A DNA stretch of 64,000 nt from a virus, in UHGV virus genome UHGV-0123226. The stretch is one strand, 5' to 3'. Both the position numbers and the translations under genes were made by a program. Shown here one piece after another: positions 45,132 through 55,628 of this stretch. A model generated the notes under the pieces. That model worked only from the letters and a program-made list of their open reading frames with translations, was not told where the DNA came from and searched no databases. The stretch's first letter is position 1; every line of letters begins with the position of its first letter.

Positions 45132-46855
45132 TTGAACCTGGTGTAAATTATGCTGATTTATTTGCGAAAGAAGTTCGAAAGCATTCTAAGAAATATCCAA
45201 AAACGGTTCGTTTAGCAATAGATCGTTGGTATCGATGGAAGAAACGAAAAGATATTTGGTTTGATGTTGATCGTGCAAATGAAATGATGGACTGGGTAGA
45301 ATCTTTTATTGTTCATACAAAAGGCGATATGGTAGGTAAACCATTTATTTTAGAGCCATGGGAAAAATTCATTTATTCTTGGATTTATGGCTGGGTAAAA
45401 GAAAATGAAAAAGGGCAAGTAGTCCGTGTTACTCGTGAGGCATACGTACAAATACCAAAGAAAAATGGGAAAACATTAATAGCCGTAGGGGCGTTGGGGT
45501 ATGCTATGTATGGCGAAGGTGCCTTATCTGTCGATTGCTATGCATGTGCTTCTGATTTTGCGCAAGCTCAGTATGCTGCTAAGCCTTTTGCCGCTACTAT
45601 ACTAAATAATCCAGTGCTATTAGATGGGACTAAAATATTTAAAGGTCCAAAAGGCACCGTTTCAAGTATTACGTATGACTATTTACATGGAGATATGGCT
45701 TATACAAATAAGTTTATTGTTCAGACAAAAAACATTGATAACATAGAAGGTTCCAATCCATATTTTGTTTTAAATGATGAGCTGCATAAACAAGAGAAAA
45801 TGGAGCAGTACGATAACTTTAAATCTGCACAAATTTCATTGCCACAGCCGTTAATGTTTAATATTTCTACAGCTGGTAAAGGAAGTAGTTCGGTTGGTAT
45901 TCGTGTTTATAAAGAAGCAAAAGAAGTCTTGAAGCGTGATGATAATGATTCAAACTTTGTTTTGATTTATGAACCAAATAAAGGATACGATTGGACAGAT
46001 AAAAAAGTTTGGGAAATGTGCAATCCTAACTGGGGAATATCTGTTGATTTGTCTGCTTTAGAATCAGCCTTTAAAACTGCGCAACGTTCCGCTCACTCGA
46101 AAGCTGAATTTTTAACGAAGCATTTAGATGTGTTTGTGAATGGTGCAGATAATTTCTTTGAACAAGATCAAGTGGAACCGTGTTTGGTTCCCACAAATGA
46201 ATTAGGAAACTTAAGTGGGGAGCCTTGTTGGATTGGTTTGGACTTATCTAAAAGCCGAGATTTAACTTGCGTATCATTAAATTTTCCTACATGGGATGCC
46301 GAAGGAAGAGCGATACTCAAAGTAAAACAATTATATTTTATTCCTAGTGAAAATATTGATTTTCGAGAAAAGGAAGATAATGTGCCGTATTCTGAATTAG
46401 CAGAACAAGGATTTGTTGAATTTTGTGATGGTAAGTTAATTGACCAAGAACAAATATTTCATTTTATTGAAGATTGCATGGATTTTTATGATGTTCAACA
46501 AGTCAATTATGATCCAGCAATGAGTGACCGATTAGTTGAAAAATTGGAAAATTTAGGCTTGGAATGTGTGCAAGTTGATCAGTACGCAAGAGTATTGAAC
46601 TCGCCGCTTGAAGATGCCGAGCGATTATTTTATGAGCAAAGGATTATGTTTGATAATCCTTTATTTTTGTATTGCGCTTTAAATGTGGTTGTCAAAATGG
46701 ATTTTCAAGGTCGTAAAGTACCAAGTAAAAACCAGTCAAAGAAAAAGATCGATGGATTTGTTGCTTTTCTTTGTGCGCATAAGGAAACAATGGATCAAAT
46801 GATTGATGTAAACGAAGATGATATGGATGAATATTTAGATTCTATCTATCGATAA
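45128..46855 (+). CDS. terL: terminase large subunit
   Basis: 575 aa, with ATPase and nuclease domains, in the canonical position. Confidence 0.9.
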   Translation: MIEPGVNYADLFAKEVRKHSKKYPKTVRLAIDRWYRWKKRKDIWFDVDRANEMMDWVESFIVHTKGDMVGKPFILEPWEKFIYSWIYGWVKENEKGQVVRVTREAYVQIPKKNGKTLIAVGALGYAMYGEGALSVDCYACASDFAQAQYAAKPFAATILNNPVLLDGTKIFKGPKGTVSSITYDYLHGDMAYTNKFIVQTKNIDNIEGSNPYFVLNDELHKQEKMEQYDNFKSAQISLPQPLMFNISTAGKGSSSVGIRVYKEAKEVLKRDDNDSNFVLIYEPNKGYDWTDKKVWEMCNPNWGISVDLSALESAFKTAQRSAHSKAEFLTKHLDVFVNGADNFFEQDQVEPCLVPTNELGNLSGEPCWIGLDLSKSRDLTCVSLNFPTWDAEGRAILKVKQLYFIPSENIDFREKEDNVPYSELAEQGFVEFCDGKLIDQEQIFHFIEDCMDFYDVQQVNYDPAMSDRLVEKLENLGLECVQVDQYARVLNSPLEDAERLFYEQRIMFDNPLFLYCALNVVVKMDFQGRKVPSKNQSKKKIDGFVAFLCAHKETMDQMIDVNEDDMDEYLDSIYR

Positions 46856-46873
46856 TAGAAAGGCGGTGAGATT

Positions 46874-48100
46874 TTGAAGCTAAGAGATAGACTTTCAAAT
46901 GCAGTATATGGATTTTTGGAAAAGCGTGGCTGGATTGAAGATATTTATGGCAATGTAACAAGATATTCACAACGTTTTGTTAACGATTCTTCTATTATGG
47001 AATCGTCTGATGTTTATGAATTGGTACAAGATATTTCTAATCAAGTTGCACTAGCAGAGCCAGTAGTAATTGGCCCTGATGGCGAAGAAGTCAAAAACCA
47101 TTTCTTGCTAAACATATTGAAAAATCCTAATGATTATTTAACTGGTTTTGAATTTGCAAAGCTTGAAACAAATACATTGTTAATCAATGGAGAAGCTTTT
47201 CCTATTACAGATAATGACCAGTTACATTTAGGATATGGTGTTCAAACGAAATTAGATGATCGTTTGATTGAAAAATTTTCAATGAATGGCCAACCAATAC
47301 CAGGGAGTATGATTCGTCATATAAAAAATATTGGTGTGGATTCCTTAAAAGGTGCTGGAATTATTGATCTTGCAAAAAGCACGCTAGAAGGTGTTTTAAG
47401 TGCTGAAAAGGTTTTGACAGAAAAATATAAGAAAGGCGGCTTGCTCGCTTTCTTGTTAAAGCTGGATGCGCATATCAATCCAAATAACAGCGCTCAACAA
47501 AAGATAGTAAAAGCTATTTTAAATCAGTTGGAAGAAACGCAAGATAATGATAGTCATTCAGTTAAAATGATTCCTTTGGGTAAAGGATACTCAATTGATA
47601 CTTTAAAAAGCCCAATTGATGATGCAGCTATTCTTAATTATTTGGGTGTTTACAAAAAAGACCTAGGAAAATTTTTAGGAATAGATGTAAATACTTATCA
47701 AGCATTAATGAGAACAGATATTGAAAAAGCAATGATGTATCTGCACAACAAAGCAATTAAACCAATATTAAAAAATAAGAGCGAGCATTACTCGGCTCTT
47801 TTTTTTGTGCCTAATTCTGGTTATCGAGTGGAATGGAAAATTAATATTTTGGACTTTGTACCTTATTCCACCAAAACAAATATTGGGTACAACATTGTTC
47901 GAACTGGTATTACCAGTCCTGATAATGTGGCAGAAATGCTTGGTTTTCCTAGACAAAATACTAAAGCAACACAAGCCGTCTATATTTCAAATGATTTAAC
48001 GGAAATCGGCAAAAAGAATGCTACCGATAATTCATTGACAACAGAGGATGACTTGAAGGGAGGTGGTAAGAATGAAGAAACAGGAAATTCGGACATTTGA
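46874..48100 (+). CDS. portal protein (HK97 family)
   Basis: 408 aa, following terL. Confidence 0.8.
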   Translation: MKLRDRLSNAVYGFLEKRGWIEDIYGNVTRYSQRFVNDSSIMESSDVYELVQDISNQVALAEPVVIGPDGEEVKNHFLLNILKNPNDYLTGFEFAKLETNTLLINGEAFPITDNDQLHLGYGVQTKLDDRLIEKFSMNGQPIPGSMIRHIKNIGVDSLKGAGIIDLAKSTLEGVLSAEKVLTEKYKKGGLLAFLLKLDAHINPNNSAQQKIVKAILNQLEETQDNDSHSVKMIPLGKGYSIDTLKSPIDDAAILNYLGVYKKDLGKFLGIDVNTYQALMRTDIEKAMMYLHNKAIKPILKNKSEHYSALFFVPNSGYRVEWKINILDFVPYSTKTNIGYNIVRTGITSPDNVAEMLGFPRQNTKATQAVYISNDLTEIGKKNATDNSLTTEDDLKGGGKNEETGNSDI

Positions 48101-48644
48101 CATCACAAACCTTAAAACAAGAAGCGAAGAAGATAGTCAAACACAGATTGTTACTGGCTATGCGGCGGTGTTTAATAGTCCAACAGAATTATGGGAAGGC
48201 CTAAATGAAGTGATTAAGCCTGGAGCTTTCAGTCGTGCTTTGTCAAATTCTGATGTTCGTTGTTTATTCGATCATGACTGGGGCAAAGTATTAGGGCGCA
48301 CAAGAAGTGGAACTTTGAAACTTGAAGAAGATGATAAGGGACTACGATTTGAAGTTGAGTTGCCCAATACAACTGTTGCCAATGACTTGATTCAATCAAT
48401 GTCACGTGGGGACATTAATCAGTGTAGCTTTGGTTTTTATCCAACGGAAGAAACTTGGGATTATAGTTCAGACCCAGTTTTAAGAACTATCCATGAAGTC
48501 GAATTGTATGAAGTTTCTATTGTTTCTTTGCCTGCTTACGAAGATACAGAAGCAGCACTAGCAAGAAACAAACAAGAAATGAAGCAAGATATTAAAACTA
48601 GAAAAAAATTAATTGAAAAAATTAAAACAGCGCTTGAAGCGTAG
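48063..48644 (+). CDS. prohead protease (HK97 family)
   Basis: 193 aa between portal and capsid. Confidence 0.75.
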   Translation: MVRMKKQEIRTFDITNLKTRSEEDSQTQIVTGYAAVFNSPTELWEGLNEVIKPGAFSRALSNSDVRCLFDHDWGKVLGRTRSGTLKLEEDDKGLRFEVELPNTTVANDLIQSMSRGDINQCSFGFYPTEETWDYSSDPVLRTIHEVELYEVSIVSLPAYEDTEAALARNKQEMKQDIKTRKKLIEKIKTALEA

Positions 48645-48656
48645 GAGGAATTTATT

Positions 48657-50021
48657 ATGAACAAAGAATTATTGCGTCAATTACAAGCTCGTCACGAGAA
48701 ACGATTAAGTGATTTACAAGGCAAAATTGAATCTGGAGAAGTGCGTGAAGCAGATTTAGATTCAGTTAATGAAGAAATTGATGGTTTAATCGATGAATTA
48801 AAAGCCATTAAAGCTGAATTAGGGGATGATAATTCAGAATCTGGTGACGGTAAAGGCGATGATGGAACCGCTAAATCCGATAATAATGATGATGAAAATA
48901 AAGAAGATCGTGAAAAAGATACGAACGAAAATAACAATGATAAAAACGAAGAAAATCGTGGCGGCATGATTAGTCAAGAACAGCGTGATGGCTTGTTACG
49001 CACAATTCATGAAGGAATGGAGGCTAGAAATGCGATGTCTAATGAACAACGTGAAAAACAAATTCGTAAAGCATTTGCTGATTTTGTTATTGGTAATATT
49101 TCAGAAAGTGAAGCACGTTCATTAGGTATTGAAACAGGCAATGGTTCAGTGACAGTACCAGAAGTGATTGCATCCGAAGTGATTTCTTATGCTCAAGAAG
49201 AAAACTTATTGCGTAAATACGGAACGGTGATTCGCACGGCTGGCGATGTGAAGTATCCAATTCTTGTGAAAAAAGCAGAGGCTAATGTAAACAAAAAAGA
49301 ACGTACGACAGATATTGCTGAAACAGCGATTCAATTTGACGAAATTTTACTTGATCCAGCAGAATTTGATGCATTGGCAACTGTAACGAAAAAACTATTA
49401 AAAATGTCTGGTGTGCCAGTAGAAGATATTGTTGTAGAAGAATTGAAAAAAGCATATGTTCGCAAAGAAATTAATTATATGTTTAATGGCGACGATGCAG
49501 GAAATGAAAACCCAGGAGCTTTAGCTAAAAAAGCTGTTGCATTTGAAAAACCTGTAGATTTAACAGCTGCAGGTGCTGGTCAAAAATTATATGATGCATT
49601 GATTGAATTTAAAAATACACCAGTAACAGAAGTAATGAAAAAAGGTCGTTTTATTATTAATCGTGCAGCTTTAACTGCTATTGAAAAAATGAAAACAGAT
49701 GATGGATTCCCATTGTTACGACCATTCACGCAAGCAGAAGGTGGTATTGGTTATCAATTAGTTGGTTATCCAGTTGATTGGACCGATGCAGCAGATAAAA
49801 AAGGTGAACCAGATACACCAGTATTATATTTTGGTGATTTTTCTGCTTTCAAAATTCAAGAAGTTATTGGAGCGTTAGAAATTCAAAAATTGGTTGAAAA
49901 ATTCTCTGGAAAAAATCAAGTTGGGTTCCAAATTTACAACTTGTTAGATGGCCAATTAGTTTACTCACCATTCGAGCCAGCTGTTTATCGTTATGAAATT
50001 ACAAAACCAGTAGGTGGTTAA
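48657..50021 (+). CDS. major capsid protein (HK97 fold) with N-terminal delta/scaffold domain
   Basis: 454 aa, N-terminal coiled-coil and acidic region followed by the capsid domain. Confidence 0.85.
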   Translation: MNKELLRQLQARHEKRLSDLQGKIESGEVREADLDSVNEEIDGLIDELKAIKAELGDDNSESGDGKGDDGTAKSDNNDDENKEDREKDTNENNNDKNEENRGGMISQEQRDGLLRTIHEGMEARNAMSNEQREKQIRKAFADFVIGNISESEARSLGIETGNGSVTVPEVIASEVISYAQEENLLRKYGTVIRTAGDVKYPILVKKAEANVNKKERTTDIAETAIQFDEILLDPAEFDALATVTKKLLKMSGVPVEDIVVEELKKAYVRKEINYMFNGDDAGNENPGALAKKAVAFEKPVDLTAAGAGQKLYDALIEFKNTPVTEVMKKGRFIINRAALTAIEKMKTDDGFPLLRPFTQAEGGIGYQLVGYPVDWTDAADKKGEPDTPVLYFGDFSAFKIQEVIGALEIQKLVEKFSGKNQVGFQIYNLLDGQLVYSPFEPAVYRYEITKPVGG

Positions 50022-50304
50022 TGTGAATAACGAAGCTGAAACATTATCTTTAGAAGAAAAATTCAAAGCACATATTCATTTTGAAGAGGGGATGGATGAT
50101 TCCATGCTCTCTTTTTATTTAAATATGGCAAAAAATTATGTAAAAACTGCAACTGGAGGGCAAGAAGAATATTTAATTTTGATGGTTGCTGGTATTGCTT
50201 ATGAATATCGTGTTTCAGAAGATGAATTAGATAAGGCGTTGAATGCGATCACGCCATTTATCATCCAAGGAGTGATTCAACATGCCGAAGAGGCAGACGA
50301 ATAG
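50014..50304 (+). CDS. head-tail connector (gp6-like)
   Basis: 96 aa; assigned by position. Confidence 0.55.
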   Translation: MVNVNNEAETLSLEEKFKAHIHFEEGMDDSMLSFYLNMAKNYVKTATGGQEEYLILMVAGIAYEYRVSEDELDKALNAITPFIIQGVIQHAEEADE

Positions 50305-50608
50305 GTTTCGTTGGAAAGCAGACTTACTAAATGTAAAAGAAGAAACAGATTCGAACGATAAAGTAGTTACAACCTATAAACTTAACAGGCTTTTATGGTA
50401 CGAAGATATTGGAGTAACTGCACAAGAAAAATATCTTTCACAGCAAGCCAAAACAGACGTTGTCAGACGGATTAAAGTGAGATTGGATAAATCTATCACA
50501 GAAAAGTTTAGCGCTGTTAGAATCGATTCTGTGACCTATAAAATCACTCGTATTTACACAAATATGGATAAACGAGAAATGGAGTTGAGTTTGGCTTATG
50601 TTGACTGA
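50282..50608 (+). CDS. head closure protein
   Basis: 108 aa; assigned by position. Confidence 0.5.
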   Translation: MPKRQTNRFRWKADLLNVKEETDSNDKVVTTYKLNRLLWYEDIGVTAQEKYLSQQAKTDVVRRIKVRLDKSITEKFSAVRIDSVTYKITRIYTNMDKREMELSLAYVD

Positions 50609-50930
50609 TTTTGAAACATTCAGAAAATCATTAATTGATTCAGGTTATAAATTCTTTCGTGATAAAGCACCGAGTGAAACAGCTTATCCATACCTAGTTT
50701 ATTCCTATTTTGCTGAGAATCAAAAGTGGGCTTCTAATACGTTTATCGCTACTAAAGCATTGTATCAAGTGTCGCTTTTTACCGATGGTACCGAAAAAGA
50801 TTTGAAACCATTAAAAAACAGTTTTAAGTTAAACGGTGTTCATTTCAATGGATTTAGTTCAATTCAAGGTGATGAGAATGACGATACCATTACTAATTTT
50901 TACACTGAGGTGTCGGTGTATGGAGAATAA
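50598..50930 (+). CDS. tail/neck structural protein
   Basis: 110 aa; assigned by position. Confidence 0.4.
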   Translation: MLTDFETFRKSLIDSGYKFFRDKAPSETAYPYLVYSYFAENQKWASNTFIATKALYQVSLFTDGTEKDLKPLKNSFKLNGVHFNGFSSIQGDENDDTITNFYTEVSVYGE

Positions 50931-51276
50931 CGGTTTTTCGGATATGAGTGATTATTTAGGAAATATAGCCAAAGTGACAGAAGAAGTAACACAACAATCA
51001 TTAGAAGAAGCTGCAACGTTTTATTTAAATAAACTTCTACCAAAAGTTCCCAAATCACTTTTAAAGAAAGAACATATGCGGGACCACATAAAAATCGAAA
51101 TGACAACCGAAGGCGTGGAAGTTTTCTTTGAAAACACAAAATTTTATTGGCGCTTTGCAGAAAACGGAACGACAAAACAACGAGCGCAAAATTTTGCAAG
51201 TGGTACTTTTGAACAATACAAAAATCAAATTGAGTCAATCATGACTAAAAAAATTATGAATGAATTGAAAGGGTGA
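50921..51276 (+). CDS. HK97 gp10-like / tail completion protein
   Basis: Start chosen at the internal Met after the upstream stop; the listed ORF 50836..51276 overlaps the previous gene. Confidence 0.4.
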
Positions 51277-51926
51277 ATAGTGTGGCAACTATTGAAAACA
51301 AAGATAAACAATTATTGTATCCAATCGGCGTAGATGACTTATTCATTGCGATGTGGACACAGCCAGAAACTGTAACATCAGCACCAGTATTTGATACTGA
51401 AATTTGGCGGTTACCAAATATTGTAAAACTAGGAATTAAAGGGAACGGAACCACTAAGGAAAAATGGGCATCAAACAAATTGTTCACTCGCGTGAGTCGT
51501 GAAACGCAACATGAATTGTCGTTGACACACGTGTCATTCCCAGTTGCTCTGTGGGATCAAATGAAAGGCATGGCCAGCAAAAATGGTGTTGCCTTTTCAA
51601 AATCGACACCGAAAGAGATGCCCTACTTTGCATTAGGTGCGATTGGCCCATTATCCAATGGTGAAAAGAGCGCCTTTTGGTATCCGAAGGTGCAAATTTC
51701 AATTGCAACAGAACATGAGCTAGAGACGACAACGGAAGATATTGACGTGAAAGATATCTCATTAACAATGACTGCAACTGGTCTTTTAATGAATGATGTT
51801 ATTAAATCTGATTATAATTCTGTTCGTTCTACAGTTACCGATATGACGGTTGAAAAATTCATGAGTGAAGTCATCTATGACGAAGCACAACTTGAAACGG
51901 CACCACCAACAGGAGGAACTGAATAA
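51273..51926 (+). CDS. major tail protein
   Basis: 217 aa preceding the chaperone and tape measure genes. Confidence 0.7.
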   Translation: MNSVATIENKDKQLLYPIGVDDLFIAMWTQPETVTSAPVFDTEIWRLPNIVKLGIKGNGTTKEKWASNKLFTRVSRETQHELSLTHVSFPVALWDQMKGMASKNGVAFSKSTPKEMPYFALGAIGPLSNGEKSAFWYPKVQISIATEHELETTTEDIDVKDISLTMTATGLLMNDVIKSDYNSVRSTVTDMTVEKFMSEVIYDEAQLETAPPTGGTE

Positions 51927-52354
51927 TGGCGAAGTTACGTGATTTAGTAAATGTTGATGTTAATGTTGATTATATTGATATTCAAGGCGAAAAAATCCCA
52001 ATCATGTTTTCAATGAGTGCGCTGGATTTTATTCAGGAAGCTTATGGAAAACCATACCCTGTTTTTGAACGTGATCTAAACAATATGTTGAAGCAAGGAA
52101 AAGTGCTGTTAACAGGTAATGAACTAAAACTTATTCGTTCGTTAATGTATGGAATGGTAAGAGCAGGAGGTACTGAATGCACGATTAAAGAATTGGAAGG
52201 GGCCATTGCAATCAATGAAATTGTCAGTGCTTATGAAACAGTAATGGGTGTTTTCATGAATGGAAACTTTCAGCAAAAAGATTTAGAAACGGTAAAAAAG
52301 CAACCGAAAAATCGAAACAACCACAACCGAAATCACAAGAAACGGAAGAATTAG
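51926..52354 (+). CDS. tail assembly chaperone (gpG)
   Basis: 142 aa, acidic N-terminus and basic C-terminus. Confidence 0.7.
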   Translation: MAKLRDLVNVDVNVDYIDIQGEKIPIMFSMSALDFIQEAYGKPYPVFERDLNNMLKQGKVLLTGNELKLIRSLMYGMVRAGGTECTIKELEGAIAINEIVSAYETVMGVFMNGNFQQKDLETVKKQPKNRNNHNRNHKKRKN

Positions 52355-52548
52355 AAGTACCTTGGGATTTTTATTTAAATGTAGCAATGGACTTGTTTGG
52401 TTGGGATGTAAATTTTTTTATGAACTGTACGCCAAATTTTTGGTTAAAGCAGTTCATTTTTTATTTGCGTAGAAATAATCCTGATGCGTTCGAGTTTGAA
52501 CAGAATGATAGGATTTATACGATGGATCAAACACCATTTTTTAATTAG
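51926..52548 (+). CDS. tail assembly chaperone G-T fusion by -1 programmed ribosomal frameshift at A AAA AAG (52294-52300)
   Basis: The canonical slippery heptamer lies in-frame as gtA AAA AAG. The -1 frame is open to 52548 and encodes the gpT-like ...LEVPWDFYLNVAMDLFGWDVNFF... Confidence 0.6.
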
Positions 52549-52563
52549 AAAGTAGGTGAGAAT

Positions 52564-54918
52564 TTGGCAAAGCATGAATCAGATGTTGTTTTACGATTTA
52601 AAATGGATGGACAGGTACAATATGCACAAACTATAAAAGAAATTAATCAAGTGATGAATACCGCAGCAAAAGAGTACAAGGCTCATATTTCAGCATTAGG
52701 GAATGATGCTACTGCAACCCAAAAATTAGTAGCTCAACAAAAAAAGCTACAAGTGCAAACAGAAGCAGCTGAAAAACGTACAAAAATGTTACGAAAAGAG
52801 TATGAGGAATCGGTAAAAGCAACTGGTGAAAATTCAAAAGAAAGTAAAAAATTATATGATCGTTTGCTACAAGCCGAAACTGCCGAAAATAATTTAAAAA
52901 ATGCGTTGGACAAAACCAATAAGGAACTTAAAGAGCAAGAAAAAGCTTCAAAATTTGCTGCAGATAATATAAAAAAAATAGGCGAAGCTGGCGAAAAAAT
53001 TAAAGGAGTAGGTACTAAAATAACTGCAGGTGTGACAGTACCTATCATGGCAATAGGTGGTTTTGCTACTAAGCAAGCAATAGAAGTAGAAACACAATTT
53101 GCTAAAGTTTCTACTCTTTTAGATTCAAGTCAAGTTGATTTTCAAAAATATAAAAATGAAATTGCAAAAACTGCAACAGAAATGGGTGTGTCCTTTGAAG
53201 AATATTCTGAATCAGTTTATTCAGCTATATCAGCATCAGTTGATCAAGCTGATGCTGTTAATTTTGTGGGTGATGCAGTTAAATTGGCTAAGGGTGGTTT
53301 TACTGAAACTGCAACTGCGGTAGATTTATTAACAACAACGATTAATGCATATAATTTAAAAGCTACTGATGCAGGAAAAATTTCGGATTATTTAATTTCT
53401 ACTCAAAATTTAGGTAAAACAACTGTAAATGAGTTAGCTTCATCTATGGGGAAAGTAATTCCAATAGCTAATGCTAATAATGTAGGGATGAATGAATTAT
53501 CAACTGCTTATGCTGTTATGACAAAAAATGGTATTGCTACAGCAGAAACTGGAACTATGGTAAAAGCCATGTTAAATGAGTTAGGAAAAACTGGTAGTCA
53601 AGCTGATAAAGCTTTGAAAGAGATTGCAGGAAAATCATTTAAACAATTAATGGATGAAGGGAATAATTTATCTGATGTTCTTAATTTGATGAATGAACAT
53701 GCTCATAAGAATGGTTTAGCATTAAATGATATGTTTGGATCTGTTGAAGCAGGAACTGCAGCACTAACACTTTCAAAAGGTGAGGGTTCTGAATACAATG
53801 AAATTTTAAAACAAATTAATGATTCAGCAGGTGCTACTCAAGAAGCTTTTGATAAAATGGATGATACACCAGCACGAAAAATGGAAAAGGCGCAACTAAG
53901 AATTGCTGATGCAATGCGACAAGTTGGGGAAGTTGTGATACCTATAGTAGCTGATATTGCAGAAAAAGTTTCTCAATTTGTAACTGCATTTTCAAATTGG
54001 TTTGGTTCATTAGATGAAGGTTCAAAACAAACAATATTAATGATAGCTGGTGTTGTTGCTGCTATCGGTCCAGTATTAGTAGTTTTAGGAACACTTGCTA
54101 GTTCCATTAGTAGTTTGATTCCAGTTATTGCTTTTATTGCGTCGCCAATTGGTTTAGTAATTGCGGCGGTTGCCGCTTGGGTAGCTGCAATCGTAGTTGC
54201 ATATAATAAAATCGGTTGGTTTAGGGATTTTATCAATACCTCCTTTAAAGTAATTAAAGATATTGTGGTTGGGGTATTCAATGTTTTGAAAGATACGACA
54301 AAATCTACTTTTGATTTCATCACAGGCTTTATTGGTGGCGCCATGGATGGGGCTGCAAAAATTATTGGCGATTACGTAAATGCAATTAAGCGTATTTTTG
54401 GCGGTATCGTTGATTTTGTAACGGGAGTATTTACTGGAGACTGGTCAAGAGCGTGGCAAGGTGTTGTTGATATTTTTGGTGGTATTTTTGAAGGTATCGC
54501 TGCAGTAGCTAAAGCTCCAATCAATGCCATGATTACGTTAATCAATGGATTTATTGGTGGATTAAACAATATAAAAATACCTAAATGGGTGCCAGGAATT
54601 GGCGGTAAAGGATTTCATATTGGAAAAATTCCTTATTTAGCAGAAGGTGGAACGATTCTAAATGGTCAAGCCATTGTTGGTGAAGCTGGTCCTGAACTAT
54701 TAACCGCTAAAAACGGCAAGACAACAGTAACTCCATTGTCACCAGAAGAAAAAGCTCGTGGAATTGGTGGTGCTTTGAAAGGTGGCAACACTATTGAGCA
54801 ACATGTTCATATTGGCCAAGTAGATGCAAATAATCCGAGTGAGTTAGATCGAATGAATCGCAAGCTTTATAAAGCAAGTGCGCAAGCTTTCTATGACTTA
54901 GGAGGTGTTCCAACGTGA
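52564..54918 (+). CDS. tail tape measure protein
   Basis: 784 aa, coiled-coil N-terminus and a hydrophobic Gly/Ala/Ile-rich C-terminal half. Confidence 0.9.
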   Translation: MAKHESDVVLRFKMDGQVQYAQTIKEINQVMNTAAKEYKAHISALGNDATATQKLVAQQKKLQVQTEAAEKRTKMLRKEYEESVKATGENSKESKKLYDRLLQAETAENNLKNALDKTNKELKEQEKASKFAADNIKKIGEAGEKIKGVGTKITAGVTVPIMAIGGFATKQAIEVETQFAKVSTLLDSSQVDFQKYKNEIAKTATEMGVSFEEYSESVYSAISASVDQADAVNFVGDAVKLAKGGFTETATAVDLLTTTINAYNLKATDAGKISDYLISTQNLGKTTVNELASSMGKVIPIANANNVGMNELSTAYAVMTKNGIATAETGTMVKAMLNELGKTGSQADKALKEIAGKSFKQLMDEGNNLSDVLNLMNEHAHKNGLALNDMFGSVEAGTAALTLSKGEGSEYNEILKQINDSAGATQEAFDKMDDTPARKMEKAQLRIADAMRQVGEVVIPIVADIAEKVSQFVTAFSNWFGSLDEGSKQTILMIAGVVAAIGPVLVVLGTLASSISSLIPVIAFIASPIGLVIAAVAAWVAAIVVAYNKIGWFRDFINTSFKVIKDIVVGVFNVLKDTTKSTFDFITGFIGGAMDGAAKIIGDYVNAIKRIFGGIVDFVTGVFTGDWSRAWQGVVDIFGGIFEGIAAVAKAPINAMITLINGFIGGLNNIKIPKWVPGIGGKGFHIGKIPYLAEGGTILNGQAIVGEAGPELLTAKNGKTTVTPLSPEEKARGIGGALKGGNTIEQHVHIGQVDANNPSELDRMNRKLYKASAQAFYDLGGVPT

Positions 54919-55628
54919 TTTTTATGAATCCTGATGAACCCAATTTCATTTGGAAAGATTTGAATGCAGTTCGTGATATGGGGTGTATTATCGAAAATGA
55001 GCTGTCAGAGGTTTTACCAAATAAACGATATGAAACGTATTCGATTATCGGAAGAAGTGGTGAATTTAATGAAACGTTCAATGATTATGAATCCTTTGAT
55101 TATGAAATTGAAGATGTAACTATTCCATATGAAAATTTAGCGGCAGCCAAAAGATGGTTAACTGGTAAAAGTAAACTTATTACTCACAATGATGAAGATA
55201 AATATTTAGATGCTATTTGTACAATGAGTAAACCAAGTTCATTCAAAAATGAATGGGGTGTTTTTTATACCTTTAACATTGAATTTAGATGTCAACCGTT
55301 TAAAAGAAAAGTAAACGAACAACCAAAAGTGATTAAAACAAAATCAATTGAAATTACTGATCACGGTGATGAAAATGCTTTTCCTTATATCGAAATTAAT
55401 TCAAAAGGTGGCGATATTACGTTAAATATTGGTAGTAACTCACTAACGATTTTGCGTACACAATCAGGAATCGTCACTATTGATAACGAAAAAGGAAAAG
55501 TAATACAAGAAGGGCTACCATTGTTTACTCGTGGTAGTTGGATAAAAACGAATCCTGGTCAAAATACATTAAATATATCAGGAAATTTCACAGAAGCTAA
55601 GTTTTGGAATAGGAGCGCGTATTTATGA
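54915..55628 (+). CDS. distal tail protein (Dit)
   Basis: 237 aa after the tape measure gene. Confidence 0.65.
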   Translation: MIFMNPDEPNFIWKDLNAVRDMGCIIENELSEVLPNKRYETYSIIGRSGEFNETFNDYESFDYEIEDVTIPYENLAAAKRWLTGKSKLITHNDEDKYLDAICTMSKPSSFKNEWGVFYTFNIEFRCQPFKRKVNEQPKVIKTKSIEITDHGDENAFPYIEINSKGGDITLNIGSNSLTILRTQSGIVTIDNEKGKVIQEGLPLFTRGSWIKTNPGQNTLNISGNFTEAKFWNRSAYL

